The position numbers were made by a program, and so were the translations under genes. From Hormoscilla sp. (GTDB lineage: Bacteria; Cyanobacteriota; Cyanobacteriia; Cyanobacteriales; Desertifilaceae): a stretch of DNA of 28,169 bases. Positions within the stretch are counted from its first letter, which is position 1. Every line of letters begins with the position of its first letter. The stretch lies in assembly GCA_051439505.1 (NCBI GenBank), contig JBFRWI010000021.1:1-28169 (forward strand). Direction: 5' to 3'. Of the stretch, positions 27,793 through 28,169 are shown one piece after another. Below the pieces are notes generated by a model. It was not told where the DNA came from. It worked only from the letters and a program-made list of their open reading frames with translations, and did not search any database.

Positions 27793-28169
27793 TCACTGTT
27801 CCCTGTCACCCAGAATTATCTGACATCCTGGATGCTGCATAACTGGACCTGCTGGGGTCATCTTTACAGGATAAGCTGTCAATACTACTGTACCATCTGG
27901 CAACTGCAACCAACCTTGTGCTTGCCGTATTTCATCATCTTCTTCGGGGGTTACCACCGACTCGACCGGAGATGTTTCGTCGGGGACAGAGTACCCGAGA
28001 GACGAATTCTCATCCGTTAGGGCCCGCCAATCTAGCCATATTACTTCACCTGGTAGAGTCTCAAAAGGATGTGGCGGTATCCCTCCCCGTCCCGTGATGA
28101 TAAATTCCGAACCTCGGTACTCTTCACATCCTTTTGATATCAGGGAAGAGGCATCTACTGGCGAGTCAG
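27793..28169 (-). CDS. C-terminus of a second filamentous hemagglutinin-like exoprotein (partial, runs off the window edge)
   Basis: Manual translation: DSPVDASSLISKGCEEYRGSEFIITGRGGIPPHPFETLPGEVIWLDWR...EIRQAQGWLQLPDGTVVLTAYPVKMTPAGPVMQHPGCQIILGDREQ*, closely matching the C-terminus of 17427-24371. Confidence 0.93.
   Translation of the reverse strand, partial: DSPVDASSLISKGCEEYRGSEFIITGRGGIPPHPFETLPGEVIWLDWRALTDENSSLGYSVPDETSPVESVVTPEEDDEIRQAQGWLQLPDGTVVLTAYPVKMTPAGPVMQHPGCQIILGDREQ

Overview
Chromosomal window from a cyanobacterium, probably filamentous. This rests on abundant HIP1 GCGATCGC octamers, STRR-type heptamer tandem repeats and many GTAG-footed REP-like hairpins. The left half is mostly housekeeping: secA, diheme cytochrome c, a GNAT, a histidine-kinase-like protein with a degenerate ATP-binding domain, tsaC, a likely 6S RNA, a MATE transporter, a type II peroxiredoxin and gpsA. 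It also holds two unusual items. One is the start of a lasso-peptide-like RiPP locus at the left edge: a PqqD/RRE gene plus an 'MSGIVG' asparagine-synthetase-like gene that the ORF track misses. The other is a signal-peptide-less, very acidic protein fusing RTX repeats to two amino-acid-binding domains. The right half is a tandem array of a two-gene module, filamentous-hemagglutinin (TpsA-like) exoprotein followed by a signal-peptide TPR-CHAT caspase-like protease. At least two copies are present, and one carries a hicB-hicA pair whose toxin is frameshifted. All family assignments come from motif recognition by eye; no searches were run.
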